From: an uncultured Planctomycetaceae bacterium
Lineage (GTDB): Bacteria > Planctomycetota > Planctomycetia > Gemmatales > Gemmataceae
Assembly: GCA_903912515.1 (NCBI GenBank)
Contig: CAIWHS010000070.1
Span: 1-63,736 of the forward strand
DNA length: 63,736 nt
Direction of reading: 5' to 3'
Within the stretch, counting starts at the first letter, position 1; every line of letters begins with the position of its first letter. Below the pieces are notes generated by a model that ran no database searches, had not been told where the DNA came from, and saw nothing but the letters and a program-made list of their open reading frames with translations. Positions 46,674-56,124 of the stretch are shown here, piece by piece. The translations under genes and the position numbers were made by a program.

Positions 46674-47120
46674 TCATTCCTCGGTGTAAAAAAGCCCCAC
46701 CAAACCCTCCGAGCAATCCGATTCACCAGGTTTTTCTGCCAAAATCGCCCTCTGGCCCAATGTTTTGGCAAAAACCAACGCATCAGACAACTCTAAGGGC
46801 CAAACCAACAACATCGGCTCCATCCAACCTACCTCAAGCTCAACACCCACCGCCGCCAGATGCTGAAGCCCCTCCGCCGCCACCCTATCCCTCAGTTTCC
46901 TATAAAGCAAAGCATTACTTTCTGTATCCAAAGGCATACTTCCTGGGTTACAGGATGTCAGCAATGCCCAAGGCTTGCCAGCAACCAGTTTGAAAAAACC
47001 CTCCGGACATGGTTCGTCCACCCGCAATACCATCACTCTGTCGCTTTCGACCAATCCCTCCAAAAGCCAGTAACTGGTTTTGCGGTAGGCCCTTTCCAAT
47101 TCCTGCCAATCTTTGCTCAT
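46674..47120 (-). CDS. hypothetical protein, DUF3293-like
   Basis: WALLTSCNPGS....ESN..L...L and W.EP.LLV resemble the DUF3293 pattern. The ATGA start overlaps the kinase stop. Confidence 0.5.
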   Translation of the reverse strand: MSKDWQELERAYRKTSYWLLEGLVESDRVMVLRVDEPCPEGFFKLVAGKPWALLTSCNPGSMPLDTESNALLYRKLRDRVAAEGLQHLAAVGVELEVGWMEPMLLVWPLELSDALVFAKTLGQRAILAEKPGESDCSEGLVGLFYTEE

Positions 47121-50100
47121 GGCTGGCTCGCCGGCGCAAATTGCTTGTCTAGAGCCTTGAACCCGTCCATGTCACGCACTGGGTCAAACCCCTCGTCGGC
47201 CTTGAACTGTTTCCAAATCGTAGCCTTCCGGCCGGCTGGAATTTTTGCCATCGCCCCTTCAATCATGGTGGCCATGCCCTCCACCGTTTTTTTGGCTGCC
47301 TCCGATTGGGGCCCCTGCATCTTGCGCTGCTGGCCTGCGACTTGCGCCAGAATGGTCGATGCGTTCAACAAGTTCATCGGCTGATCCTTCGAAAGCAATT
47401 GCACCTGCTTCAGGTCAGCCAATGCCCCAGCCTCCTCCCCTTTTTGCGCCAGCAGATACCCCCGACCAACATGCAGGTCCACCAGGTCATCCGGGGAGGG
47501 ATTTTCTTTCAGCCCCAAATCAAAATCTGATAAAGCCGCATTGCGCCACTGGTTCATCAGGTTCCACCCGCGCATCCGCCGAATGGAAGGGGTTGTCGGG
47601 TCCAATGTCATGGCCTGTGTTTGGCTGGCCAGCGCACCAATGTTATCCCCCTGCCGGGCCTGAATAGTTCCCAATCGCTCCCAAGCCACAGCCAAGGCTT
47701 GCCGGTCATCCGGCTTTCGCATTGTCTGCAGCTCCAAATATCTCCGTAAATCTGCTGCGGCCTCTCCCAGCAGCTTGCTGGCATTCGGATCAGTCTTGGG
47801 CAATCTGGCACCTTGCGAAAAACGGGCCAGCCCCTTCGCTAAAAAAGCAGCAGCATTTTCCGGATTTCTCAAAAAAGCCGCCTCAGCCATATTGATACCG
47901 TCTTCCACCTTGCCAGCTCGCAAAAACTGGTTGGCTCCGTTTAGCAAGTAATCGCTCACTTTTTTCGGATCCGGCTCGCGCTGTCCCGCCTGATCCCATG
48001 CCTTGGCCGCCTCGAACCTTGCCTGATTGTCTTTTGAGGTATCGGCTCCACGGTCCAAAATCTGGGCATAGGCCGCCCAAGTGTTTGCCTTGGCGTTGGG
48101 ATAGGCCGTCACTGCTTTTTTCAAAAGCGCGCCAGCCTCTTTTTCCTGCCCAAGCTCACTCAAAATCCCTGCCAAATTGGCTAGCCCCAACTCCGTTTCC
48201 TGGGTGGAAAGGGCCTTTTCCAGATCCGTTTTTGCCTGCTCAAAAAGCGCTTTAGCCTCCGCCAATCGCTTGGCATCCCTCAATTTAACTGCCTGACGAA
48301 ATCGGGAATCAGCCCGATTGACCATAAACACTTGCGTGGCCCCCGCCCCGGCTTCGGCCCGTTGAAAATGCCGGTTAGCCTGCTCAAAATCACCCTCCCT
48401 GGCCTCACAAACACCCAGCATCACATCGGTGAAAACAAAATCTGGCTGAAGTGATCGCGCCACCAGGTACCCCGAATGGGCCGAACCCGTTTCACCCTGC
48501 TCCAAGCTGATGGTTGCCAAAAAATATTGCGACCAAAAATGCCTCGGATCCAAGGCAACAGCCTCGCGAAAAGCGTCAGCAGCCAGGCTATATTGCCTCG
48601 CCTTGAAATGCTCGTCACCAATTAAAAACCACTCAAGAGGCGTGGTCGCCTTGCCGCTTTTTGCCAAATCCATTGCGTTCTGGCTAGCATCCGGATCTGA
48701 ATTTTTCAAATACTGCCCCATTTTCAAATGGAAAAGCTTGTCGATGGGTAATAACCCTTTCGCCTTTTCCAAATGGGCCTTGGCACCCGCCAAGTCTTTC
48801 TCATCAAATGCAGTATCCGCCAAAATCACAAACAACTCACCCAAACGGGAACGGATGTTACCCCGCTCCTCCTCCCGAAAATACTTGTCAAAAACCGGCT
48901 CGGGTTTCTCAAGAGCCGCATCCAGATTCACCAAGGCAAACGCGTTGGCTACATTGTCCCGAATAGTCTTTCGCAATTTGCCAATTTCCACGCCCACCTG
49001 GTTCACATGCGAAAACAATGCTGCGTCATGCGCCTTGTTGAAATCAGCCACCAGCTTGTCGGTCGCCAAATGCTGATTGGCTTCCACCAGCATTTCATCC
49101 AATTCCTTGGTCAAATCCGCCAAGTCTTCCTTGGCTGCATCATGGCCAGAACTGGCCGAGGCCAGTGTGGCTAGTCCACCTTCCAAGCTGTTCTTGGCTT
49201 CGTCAAATCGTCGCTCAGCAATGGCCCCCCTGGCTACCTGCAAGGCACCCCTGCCGCTTTCACGCGCCGATTCAACCTGCCGCTGCAAAGCCAAGCGGTT
49301 GCTTTCCGCTATGCCAAATGCCGCATTCAGCGCGATGCTGCCTCCAAGCAACACCAGCAAAAAGGCTGCGCCAACCCCAGCTAACGCCGCCAGGGATTTG
49401 TTTCGCTTGGCCCATTTCACCACCTTTTGCAACCGGGTTATAGGCCGGGCCATGATCGGGTCACCACGCCCAAACGCCGCCAGATCTTCCGCCATTTCGA
49501 CGGCTGTCAGATATCGCTTTTCCGGCGCCTTTTCCAGTGCTTTCAGCGCGATGGTCTGCAAGTCAATCGGCACCGTCGGGTTCAAATCAATGGGCGAGAC
49601 CGGCTCCTTCTTGCGCACATGCTCCAAAGTTTCCAAAAGGGTGCGCCCCTTGAAAGGCGGTCGCCCCGTCAGGAATTCATACAAAATGGCTCCCAATGAG
49701 TAGATGTCCGCCGCCGCGGTCAATTCCTTGGCCTTGCCCTCTGCCTGCTCCGGAGGCATGTAGCTGGGCGTTCCCATAATCGACCCTGTCCGGGTGTGCC
49801 CATCATCCGCATCAAGCTCCTTGGCCAAGCCAAAGTCGGTTACCTTGGGAAGGTCTTCCTTGGTGAGCAACACATTCGCCGGCTTCAAGTCGCGGTGAAT
49901 AATCTTCAGCGAGTGGGCATGGCCCATGGCCCGGCAAATTTGCTCCATCACCCGGGCAGTGAACTGCGGTTCCTGCGGCTCCCCTTTCAACCGGCTATCC
50001 AGCGGGCCACCTTCCACAAACTCCAGCGCCATATAGGGCAAGCCTTGGAACTCTCCCACATCAAACACGCCCACAATGTTGGGGTGCTGGGCTGCAGCCA

Positions 50101-51031
50101 CCGACCGCGCCTCAAGCCTGAACCTTTCCAGCTCCGATTCGCTAGCTTGGCTGTTCAACACCATTTTCAGGGCAACCATGCGGTTCAGCCCCAACTGCCT
50201 GGCACGGTACACCACACCCATGCCACCCCGCCCCAACTCACCCAAAATTTCATAGCCCGGCACTTGGGGCATCCTGCCTTTGCCAGAAGCAGGCGAAGTG
50301 GGAACCGTTGCCCCAAGCGTTCCCTTCAAGCCAACCTGAGTAGCCGAAACTTGGCTTTTCCCAGCCACTGTTTTTGACCCCGCACCAATAGCACCGGTCT
50401 TTAAAAGCTGGCTCTGCCCTGGTGCTACTGTCGCCCCCGAGTCATCCCCGGCCCCTGGCGGAGGCATCGTCGCACCGGAATCATCCACAACACCACCCGG
50501 GGCCATCGTCGCACCGGAATCGTCCACAACACCACCCGGAGGCATCGTCGCGCCTGAATCATCTATCCCGCCCGGTGGAGGCATCGTCGCACCGGAATCG
50601 TCCACAACACCACCCGGAGGCATCGTTGCCCCTGAGTCATCTGCTGGTTCACCCGGAGGTAAGGTTGCCCCCGCATCCCAACCCGCTCCCCTAGCTTGGG
50701 GCGTGTCAGCCAAGGTCGATCCATCATCCAACCCCGCGGCAAAGGCACCACCTTTCAGGGCTCCAAGTGCTCCGCCGCTAGGCAAGGCATCCGGGGCCAA
50801 GGTGCGGTCGTCCGCTGAATTCGGCTGGGGTTTAGCCGCAAAATCATCCGGGGCCAAGGTGGCGTCCATCCGGTTATTCACTGTGACTTTATTTGCCTCG
50901 GGCACTGGGTTACCGGGGGCCAAGGTGGCATCCGAGGCCCCGCCACCATCCACCCCCACCAAGCTGTCAGGCGCCAGTGTCGATTCAGAATCGGTGGCAA
51001 TGTTTTTGGCAGGCGGATTGGGGCGGGTCAT
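47117..51031 (-). CDS. Ser/Thr protein kinase with disordered repeat N-terminus, one TM segment and a long TPR-rich C-terminal region
   Basis: Hanks kinase motifs GRGGMGVVY, VALK, HRDLKPANVLL, DFGLA and GTPSYMPPE. TM segment LAALAGVGAAFLLVLLGGSIAL. Many TPR-like repeats follow it. Confidence 0.9.
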   Translation of the reverse strand: MTRPNPPAKNIATDSESTLAPDSLVGVDGGGASDATLAPGNPVPEANKVTVNNRMDATLAPDDFAAKPQPNSADDRTLAPDALPSGGALGALKGGAFAAGLDDGSTLADTPQARGAGWDAGATLPPGEPADDSGATMPPGGVVDDSGATMPPPGGIDDSGATMPPGGVVDDSGATMAPGGVVDDSGATMPPPGAGDDSGATVAPGQSQLLKTGAIGAGSKTVAGKSQVSATQVGLKGTLGATVPTSPASGKGRMPQVPGYEILGELGRGGMGVVYRARQLGLNRMVALKMVLNSQASESELERFRLEARSVAAAQHPNIVGVFDVGEFQGLPYMALEFVEGGPLDSRLKGEPQEPQFTARVMEQICRAMGHAHSLKIIHRDLKPANVLLTKEDLPKVTDFGLAKELDADDGHTRTGSIMGTPSYMPPEQAEGKAKELTAAADIYSLGAILYEFLTGRPPFKGRTLLETLEHVRKKEPVSPIDLNPTVPIDLQTIALKALEKAPEKRYLTAVEMAEDLAAFGRGDPIMARPITRLQKVVKWAKRNKSLAALAGVGAAFLLVLLGGSIALNAAFGIAESNRLALQRQVESARESGRGALQVARGAIAERRFDEAKNSLEGGLATLASASSGHDAAKEDLADLTKELDEMLVEANQHLATDKLVADFNKAHDAALFSHVNQVGVEIGKLRKTIRDNVANAFALVNLDAALEKPEPVFDKYFREEERGNIRSRLGELFVILADTAFDEKDLAGAKAHLEKAKGLLPIDKLFHLKMGQYLKNSDPDASQNAMDLAKSGKATTPLEWFLIGDEHFKARQYSLAADAFREAVALDPRHFWSQYFLATISLEQGETGSAHSGYLVARSLQPDFVFTDVMLGVCEAREGDFEQANRHFQRAEAGAGATQVFMVNRADSRFRQAVKLRDAKRLAEAKALFEQAKTDLEKALSTQETELGLANLAGILSELGQEKEAGALLKKAVTAYPNAKANTWAAYAQILDRGADTSKDNQARFEAAKAWDQAGQREPDPKKVSDYLLNGANQFLRAGKVEDGINMAEAAFLRNPENAAAFLAKGLARFSQGARLPKTDPNASKLLGEAAADLRRYLELQTMRKPDDRQALAVAWERLGTIQARQGDNIGALASQTQAMTLDPTTPSIRRMRGWNLMNQWRNAALSDFDLGLKENPSPDDLVDLHVGRGYLLAQKGEEAGALADLKQVQLLSKDQPMNLLNASTILAQVAGQQRKMQGPQSEAAKKTVEGMATMIEGAMAKIPAGRKATIWKQFKADEGFDPVRDMDGFKALDKQFAPASQP
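50417..50641 (-). repeat. intragenic tandem repeat, 39-bp unit in about 5.5 copies, encoding (DDSGATMPPGGVV)n
   Basis: The plus strand shows a near-identical repeated ggcatcgtcgcaccggaatcgtccacaacaccacccgga. It encodes kinase residues about 131-205. Confidence 0.85.
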
Positions 51032-51150
51032 AAAATGAATCCTGAAAAAGCCAACTGGCAGACATGCTCCAAATGCATACCTGCCAGTTTAACGGTTCTT
51101 TTTCAGAATGTTCAAAACCAATCTGCCGGGCCAGCAAAAGGCCAGCACCA

Positions 51151-51591
51151 TTAACGAATGCGAGTCCCCGGATGGGCGTGGAGTTGATGCGCCTCAACCT
51201 GGTCAGGCGTCAGATGCCAACCGCAATCATCACAGGTTAGGGTTTTTTCGTAGCAAGTTGGACACAGTAAGGGCCCACCCAAAAAGAATTGGTCAAAGCG
51301 CCGCTGGTCATCCCCCCCCAAATGGGTCGGGTCGTTGGGCAGAGAGGTCATCTCCTTGCAAGCACTGCACCGCGCATGGCGCGCTTGGTTCAAAACAGGA
51401 GTAAAATGATCATGAAAACCGCGAGAAACCACACCCTTACCCAAACAGAGCGGGCAAGACATGCCCAGTTGCGAGGCAATGGCCTTGCGAATGAAATCGC
51501 TTTTGTTCGGCAATTTGTCGAGCAAATCAGCCAATTCCTTCTCCACCTTAAAAGCCACGATTGCTGTTTTCGGGGCTTTGGGTGTGGTCAT
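51151..51591 (-). CDS. ribbon-helix-helix (CopG/Arc-like) protein fused to a Cys-rich double zinc-ribbon domain
   Basis: The N-terminus AIVAFKVEKELADLLDKLPNKSDFIRKAIASQL is RHH-like. It is followed by four CxxC pairs (CPLC, CSAC, CPTC, CDDC) and a His-rich end. Confidence 0.6.
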   Translation of the reverse strand: MTTPKAPKTAIVAFKVEKELADLLDKLPNKSDFIRKAIASQLGMSCPLCLGKGVVSRGFHDHFTPVLNQARHARCSACKEMTSLPNDPTHLGGDDQRRFDQFFLGGPLLCPTCYEKTLTCDDCGWHLTPDQVEAHQLHAHPGTRIR

Positions 51592-51744
51592 GAAATGATT
51601 CCTCGTGTTTACCGGGTTGGGTAATTGCCCCGGATCTAAAAGGCCACAGGCACCCTTCCCCTAAACTGTCTCAACCTTCTATAAAATACCTGACAATTTC
51701 ATAATCGTCCATCTTTCCGCCAATCAAACAGTCAAGGCATTCTC

Positions 51745-53145
51745 ATGAACCCCCATTCCACCCGACTCGGACAGGTTCGAGGGTGGAATCTTTTCTGCCT
51801 GCCCATCGTGACACTTTTGGCCCTCTTGGTTGGCCCCGAAACCCTTTTTGCCCTCGAATCGGGCGCCAGCGCTGGCAAACAGCCCGTGTGGGCCGCAATT
51901 CCATTTGCTTTACTCTTGCTGGGAATCGGCGTTTTCCCGCTGGCTATCCCCCATCTGTGGCATCGCGACAGCCTCAAATTCTGGTTTGCCCTGGCCTTGT
52001 CGCTGCCGGTTGCCCTCACAACTCCCTGGCAGGGAACTTCTCATGCCCTTTTTGAATACTTGGCCTTCATGGCCCTTATCGGCTCGTTGTTTGTCGTGGC
52101 CGGAAACATCCATCTGGAAGGCACCTGGCGCGGAACTCCCCTAGCAAACACCGCCCTTCTGGGCTTGGGAGCCGTGCTGGCAAATCTTTTGGGAACAACG
52201 GGTGCCAGCATGTTGCTAATCAGGGTGCTTTTAGGCACCAACCGCGGTAGAAGGCACCTTGTCCATTTGGTTCTTTTTTTCATTTTCATTGTCAGCAATA
52301 CCGCCGGCCTCCTCACCCCCTTGGGTGACCCGCCACTTTTTCTCGGCTTTCTTCACGGCGTACCCTTCATCTGGACTTTAGGCCTGGCGCCCCAGTGGCT
52401 ATTGGTCAACGCTTTATTGCTCGCTCTCTTTTGGGCACTCGACTGCTTTATTTTCGCTGAAAAACCCGGTCCACTAGCCCCCACCCACCGCTCGCAATTT
52501 CGCCCAACCTTATTTGTTCAAGGCAGTCACAACCTTCTATTCCTGCTCGGAATCGTAGGAGCAGTGTTACTGAAAGGGTCGATGGGCGAAGGGCTTGTTG
52601 CCACCCTTCTCTCCGCCGGCCTGATGGTCCTGATGGCTTGGTTTTCCTTGCGAACCACCAGCAAAATTTTAAGGCAACTGAACGGCTTTTCCTGGGCCCC
52701 GGTTTTGGAAGTGGCAATTCTTTTCGCTGGCCTGTTTGTCACTATGGGCCCCGCGATTGCCCTGCTGGAGGAAAACAGCCAGCATTTGGGAATCAACAAA
52801 CCCTGGCAGTTCTTCTGGCTCACGGGTGCCCTGTCCAGCTTTTTGGACAACGCCCCCACCTACGTGGCTTTTGCCAGCTTGGCTATGGGCAGCTCCGGAT
52901 TGACAAATGCAGGGGATTTTGGCGAATTGACAACCTACCAAGGCGGGGCGCTACTTAAAGCTATCAGTTGTGGGGCCGTTTTTCTGGGAGCTATGACCTA
53001 CATCGGCAATGGCCCCAATTTCATGGTCAAAAGCATTGCCGAGGCCTCCGGCGTCCGCATGCCGGGCTTTTTTGGCTACATGCTTTGGTCCTGCGGGCTC
53101 CTTTTGCCTATCTTGGCAGTGTGTTGCTGGGTATTTTTCATTTAA
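51745..53145 (+). CDS. ArsB/NhaD-superfamily ion transporter permease (annotated in relatives as sodium:proton antiporter)
   Basis: 466 aa and highly hydrophobic with more than 10 helices. Motifs GDPPLFLGF and SSFLDNAPTY are typical of the ArsB/NhaD/citrate-transporter superfamily. Confidence 0.7.
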   Translation: MNPHSTRLGQVRGWNLFCLPIVTLLALLVGPETLFALESGASAGKQPVWAAIPFALLLLGIGVFPLAIPHLWHRDSLKFWFALALSLPVALTTPWQGTSHALFEYLAFMALIGSLFVVAGNIHLEGTWRGTPLANTALLGLGAVLANLLGTTGASMLLIRVLLGTNRGRRHLVHLVLFFIFIVSNTAGLLTPLGDPPLFLGFLHGVPFIWTLGLAPQWLLVNALLLALFWALDCFIFAEKPGPLAPTHRSQFRPTLFVQGSHNLLFLLGIVGAVLLKGSMGEGLVATLLSAGLMVLMAWFSLRTTSKILRQLNGFSWAPVLEVAILFAGLFVTMGPAIALLEENSQHLGINKPWQFFWLTGALSSFLDNAPTYVAFASLAMGSSGLTNAGDFGELTTYQGGALLKAISCGAVFLGAMTYIGNGPNFMVKSIAEASGVRMPGFFGYMLWSCGLLLPILAVCCWVFFI

Positions 53146-53234
53146 TATTTCCCGCCCACTCAGGTTCAATCCTCGCGCCTTTTCCCTTGCCCATTGGCCA
53201 ACTTGGGGTAATATTTAACTATCCAGTTTTGGAT

Positions 53235-53308
53235 GGTGGATGTAGCTCAGTTGGTAGAGCACCGGATTGTGGTTCCGGCTGTCGCGGGTTCAAATCCCGT
53301 CATTCACC
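53235..53308 (+). tRNA. tRNA-His (anticodon GTG) with genome-encoded G-1; no encoded CCA
   Basis: Hand-folded cloverleaf. G-1, acceptor GTGGATG/CATTCAC (one G-T pair), D arm GCTC-AGTTGGTA-GAGC, anticodon arm CCGGA-TTGTGGT-TCCGG, variable loop CTGTC, T arm GCGGG-TTCAAAT-CCCGT, discriminator C73 opposite G-1. Confidence 0.9.
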
Positions 53309-53475
53309 CTAAGTGCTCACGCAATCGCCTGCTATCAAAGCCCTTATGCCGGGCCAAACATTCTGTTTTCCATCCTGCACCTCTTTTTCCAGTTGCCTTT
53401 CGGCCACGCTTTTAGCGTGCTTTGATTAGCCGTATAATGTGATAAATTCTTACCCAATTTTTGGAAACTTACACC

Positions 53476-54639
53476 ATGCTCTACGCCAGAAGTCATTTGC
53501 TTTTTGCGTTGCTGGCATCCCTTGGCTGCAACTTGGTTTCACCCCACCAAGCTTGGGCACAAGACTCCGGCCCTCCCCTATCCCCCGACCTCGAGCGCAG
53601 GGTAGACGCTATGGCCGCCAAGGCGGCTGGCTGGCTCAAAACCCGCCAGGAAGCTAATGGCGGTTGGTCTACCGAACTCAGCCCAGGCATCACAGGCATC
53701 GTCTCCACCGGATTGCTAAAAGGGGCCAAGCTTCCCGCAACCGATCCCATGGTGGCCAAATCCCTGATATACATTGAAGGCCTGATCAACCCCGAGGCTG
53801 GCCACATTGCCGGCAAGAATCCGCGCGTGGGTCTGCAAAACTATGTCACCTGCGTCAATCTGATGGCCCTGTCCGCAGCCGGCCGCGATGCCCACAAAAA
53901 AGTGATCGCCGATGCTTCCTCCTTCCTGCGCAAACTGCAGTGGGATGACGAAGAAGGCAAAAACCGCAACGACGATTTCTTCGGCGGTGCCGGATACGAC
54001 TCCAAATCCCGCCCAGACATGTCCAACACCCAATATTTTCTCGACGCCCTCAAAGAGGCCGGCATTCCCCCATCAGATCCCGCCTATCAACGCGCCATGG
54101 TGTTTGTCAGCCGTTGCCAAAACCTGAAGAGTGAACATAACGACCGCCCTTGGGCCGACAAAATAAACGATGGCAGTTTCATTTACTCCGCGGCGGCCGG
54201 TGGCTCCACCAAAAGCTTCGATTCTCCCCAACAAAATGGCGCGCTGCCAGGCTATGGCAGCATGACCTATGCAGGGGTGAAAAGCCTCATCTATTGTGGC
54301 GTAAAAAAAGAAGACCCCCGCATTCAGGGTGCCTTGAAATGGCTCCGTGACAATTACACCCTCGACAAAAACCCAGGCATGCCCGCAGGGCGCGAGGAAT
54401 GGGGCTATTTCTACTACCTGCACACTGCCAGCAAGGCTCTCCAGCTCTTGGGCGATGATTCCTTCACCGATGCCAAATCGCAAAAACACGACTGGCGCCG
54501 CGAAATCATCGAGCGGCTCGAAAAACGCCAATCCTCTGATGGTTCCTGGGCCAACCCGAAAGACCGCTGGATGGAGGGCAATCCAACTCTGGTGACTGGC
54601 TATGCTCTCATGGCCTTGGCCAACATCCGCTCCAAATAA
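53476..54639 (+). CDS. secreted prenyltransferase/squalene-oxidase-repeat (terpenoid cyclase-like alpha/alpha toroid) protein
   Basis: Signal peptide MLYARSHLLFALLASLG...AWA. Repeated Q..dGGW / dGSW motifs (RQEANGGWS, QSSDGSWAN) are typical of this repeat family. Confidence 0.7.
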   Translation: MLYARSHLLFALLASLGCNLVSPHQAWAQDSGPPLSPDLERRVDAMAAKAAGWLKTRQEANGGWSTELSPGITGIVSTGLLKGAKLPATDPMVAKSLIYIEGLINPEAGHIAGKNPRVGLQNYVTCVNLMALSAAGRDAHKKVIADASSFLRKLQWDDEEGKNRNDDFFGGAGYDSKSRPDMSNTQYFLDALKEAGIPPSDPAYQRAMVFVSRCQNLKSEHNDRPWADKINDGSFIYSAAAGGSTKSFDSPQQNGALPGYGSMTYAGVKSLIYCGVKKEDPRIQGALKWLRDNYTLDKNPGMPAGREEWGYFYYLHTASKALQLLGDDSFTDAKSQKHDWRREIIERLEKRQSSDGSWANPKDRWMEGNPTLVTGYALMALANIRSK

Positions 54640-54715
54640 ATCTATCAAGGCTTGCCAAAAAACTAAAAAAGATGGCAAAATCCAACAATAGACCTCACCA
54701 TCAGGTGGCCAGGTA

Positions 54716-55113
54716 TTGATGGGCCCGCCCGCTGATACTGGCCTACAGCATTCCCCTTCCAACTTTTCGATTAGCTGGCCCCTGCGGCTTGCCATTTGCC
54801 TGGTGCTGGCTACCGGGTCGGGCAAAGCCCTGTTTCCCCCCCCCTTGGCCTTCGGGTTTGGCCAACAGCCAAGCCCCGCACCATTTTTGATGAGCTTAAC
54901 GAAAAACCTGGTGGAGAGTTTATCTCCCAAAACCCCGGCTATTTGGGCCTAAACTCTTGCGCCCCCTGCCATGCCAAAAGGGTGGACGATTTTCATGGCA
55001 CACGCCAATTCATTTGTAGCCCAGCGCGGGCTGGAATTGACCAAAAAACACCTCAAGGCCGAAGCCTGGTGCGCCAGTTCCAATCCAGGCTCAAATCGTG
55101 GGAAAACCAGTAG
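54716..55113 (+). pseudogene. possible decayed N-terminal fragment of a membrane-anchored CxxCH (cytochrome c-type) protein
   Basis: Frame 2 encodes a TM-like LRLAICLVLATGSG up to a C9 homopolymer (54836-54844). Frame 1 continues ...GYLGLNSCAPCHAKRVDDF. A third frame then reads AHANSF. No single intact ORF exists, and the region abuts the convergent RRM gene. Confidence 0.3.
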
Positions 55114-55184
55114 TTGCAGACCCCATGGGCTCCACTGGTTTTTAGGGCGAATTTTAATTCAGTTCAATTGGCTAAAAAAACTTC

Positions 55185-55679
55185 TCAGGGCCCGCCTCGC
55201 CTAGGCGGCCCACCCCTGCCAAAGCCACCCGGCCCACGAGGGCCACCAAAACCTCCGCGAGGGCCGCCATATCCCCCACCGGGGCCTCCAAAACCTCCCC
55301 GGGGGCCACCAGGCCCTCCACGAGCAGGACCGCCAGGCCCTCTAAAACCAAATCCACCTCGGGGGCCATCCATTCTTCGATCCGGGGGACCGCCCATGGG
55401 CCCTCTCGGTTCGCTAGCCCCCTGTGGGCGTTCAGGTTCCCTCAAATGCTCGACATGCAGAATTTGGCCCATGAGGGGCTTGCGGTCCAGCGCCGACATT
55501 GCAGCTTGGGCACCCTCATCTGTTTCCATGTCTACAAACGCAAAACAGCGCGATTGCCGCGTGTCTCGATCCAGCACCACCCAGGCGTTGCAGACTACTC
55601 CATGAACGCCAAAAAGCTCCATAAGCTCAGCGTCGCCCACTTGGGCAGGCAGGTTTCCTACCCTCAGCCTTTTGGCCAT
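55185..55679 (-). CDS. RNA-binding protein (RRM domain) with RGG/Gly-Pro-rich C-terminal tail
   Basis: RNP2 LRVGNL and RNP1 RCFAFVDM. The tail is GGPRGGFGFRGPGGPARGGPGGPRGGFGGPGGGYGGPRGGFGG. Confidence 0.88.
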   Translation of the reverse strand: MAKRLRVGNLPAQVGDAELMELFGVHGVVCNAWVVLDRDTRQSRCFAFVDMETDEGAQAAMSALDRKPLMGQILHVEHLREPERPQGASEPRGPMGGPPDRRMDGPRGGFGFRGPGGPARGGPGGPRGGFGGPGGGYGGPRGGFGGPRGPGGFGRGGPPRRGGP

Positions 55680-55716
55680 CTGTTTCGGTCCATCACACTG
55701 CAATTGATATTATTCC

Positions 55717-55971
55717 CTATCCGCCCTCTTGGCCTTCTTCTTCAGCCTTGCGCAAAGGCCCGCGGTAAGTGATGCGGCCTTTTGAAAGGTCGTAGGGCGA
55801 AATCGCCACGGTCACCACATCGCCAGGCAGGATCTTGATAAAGTTCTTGCGGATTTTTCCGGCAATATGCGCGAGCAAATCGTGGCCGTTATCCAGCTTC
55901 ACTCGGAACTGGGTGTTTGGCAGGGCACTGGTCACCTTGCCTTGCATTAGAATCGATTCTTCCTTCGCCAT
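55717..55971 (-). CDS. infA: translation initiation factor IF-1 with short acidic C-terminal extension
   Basis: [70 protein letters not shown] is canonical IF-1 (S1 fold). Confidence 0.93.
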   Translation of the reverse strand: MAKEESILMQGKVTSALPNTQFRVKLDNGHDLLAHIAGKIRKNFIKILPGDVVTVAISPYDLSKGRITYRGPLRKAEEEGQEGG

Positions 55972-56124
55972 GCACCAAATCTCCAATCCAAAAAAGTCTT
56001 GGCAAACCAAGCACTAACTAGCGGAATGTAATGATATCATCCTAACAGCCCGAACCCCATTCCTGCCACCCTGAAAACAGGCAAACCGGCTTTTGCCACC
56101 AGCCAACCAGCTTTTCAGTTCGTT

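Noticed and set aside
55169-55215. Possible terminator hairpin (GGGCCGCC...GGCGGGCCC) at the 3' end of the RRM gene
   Set aside because: The stem overlaps the coding end, and the U-run is separated from the stem by about 7 nt. This is too weak to call.
55114-55605. 163-aa plus-strand ORF rich in PPGPP/PRGPP repeats
   Set aside because: It is the reverse-complement reading of the RGG/GGF tail of the RRM protein, whose RNP1/RNP2 motifs clearly define the real gene on the minus strand.
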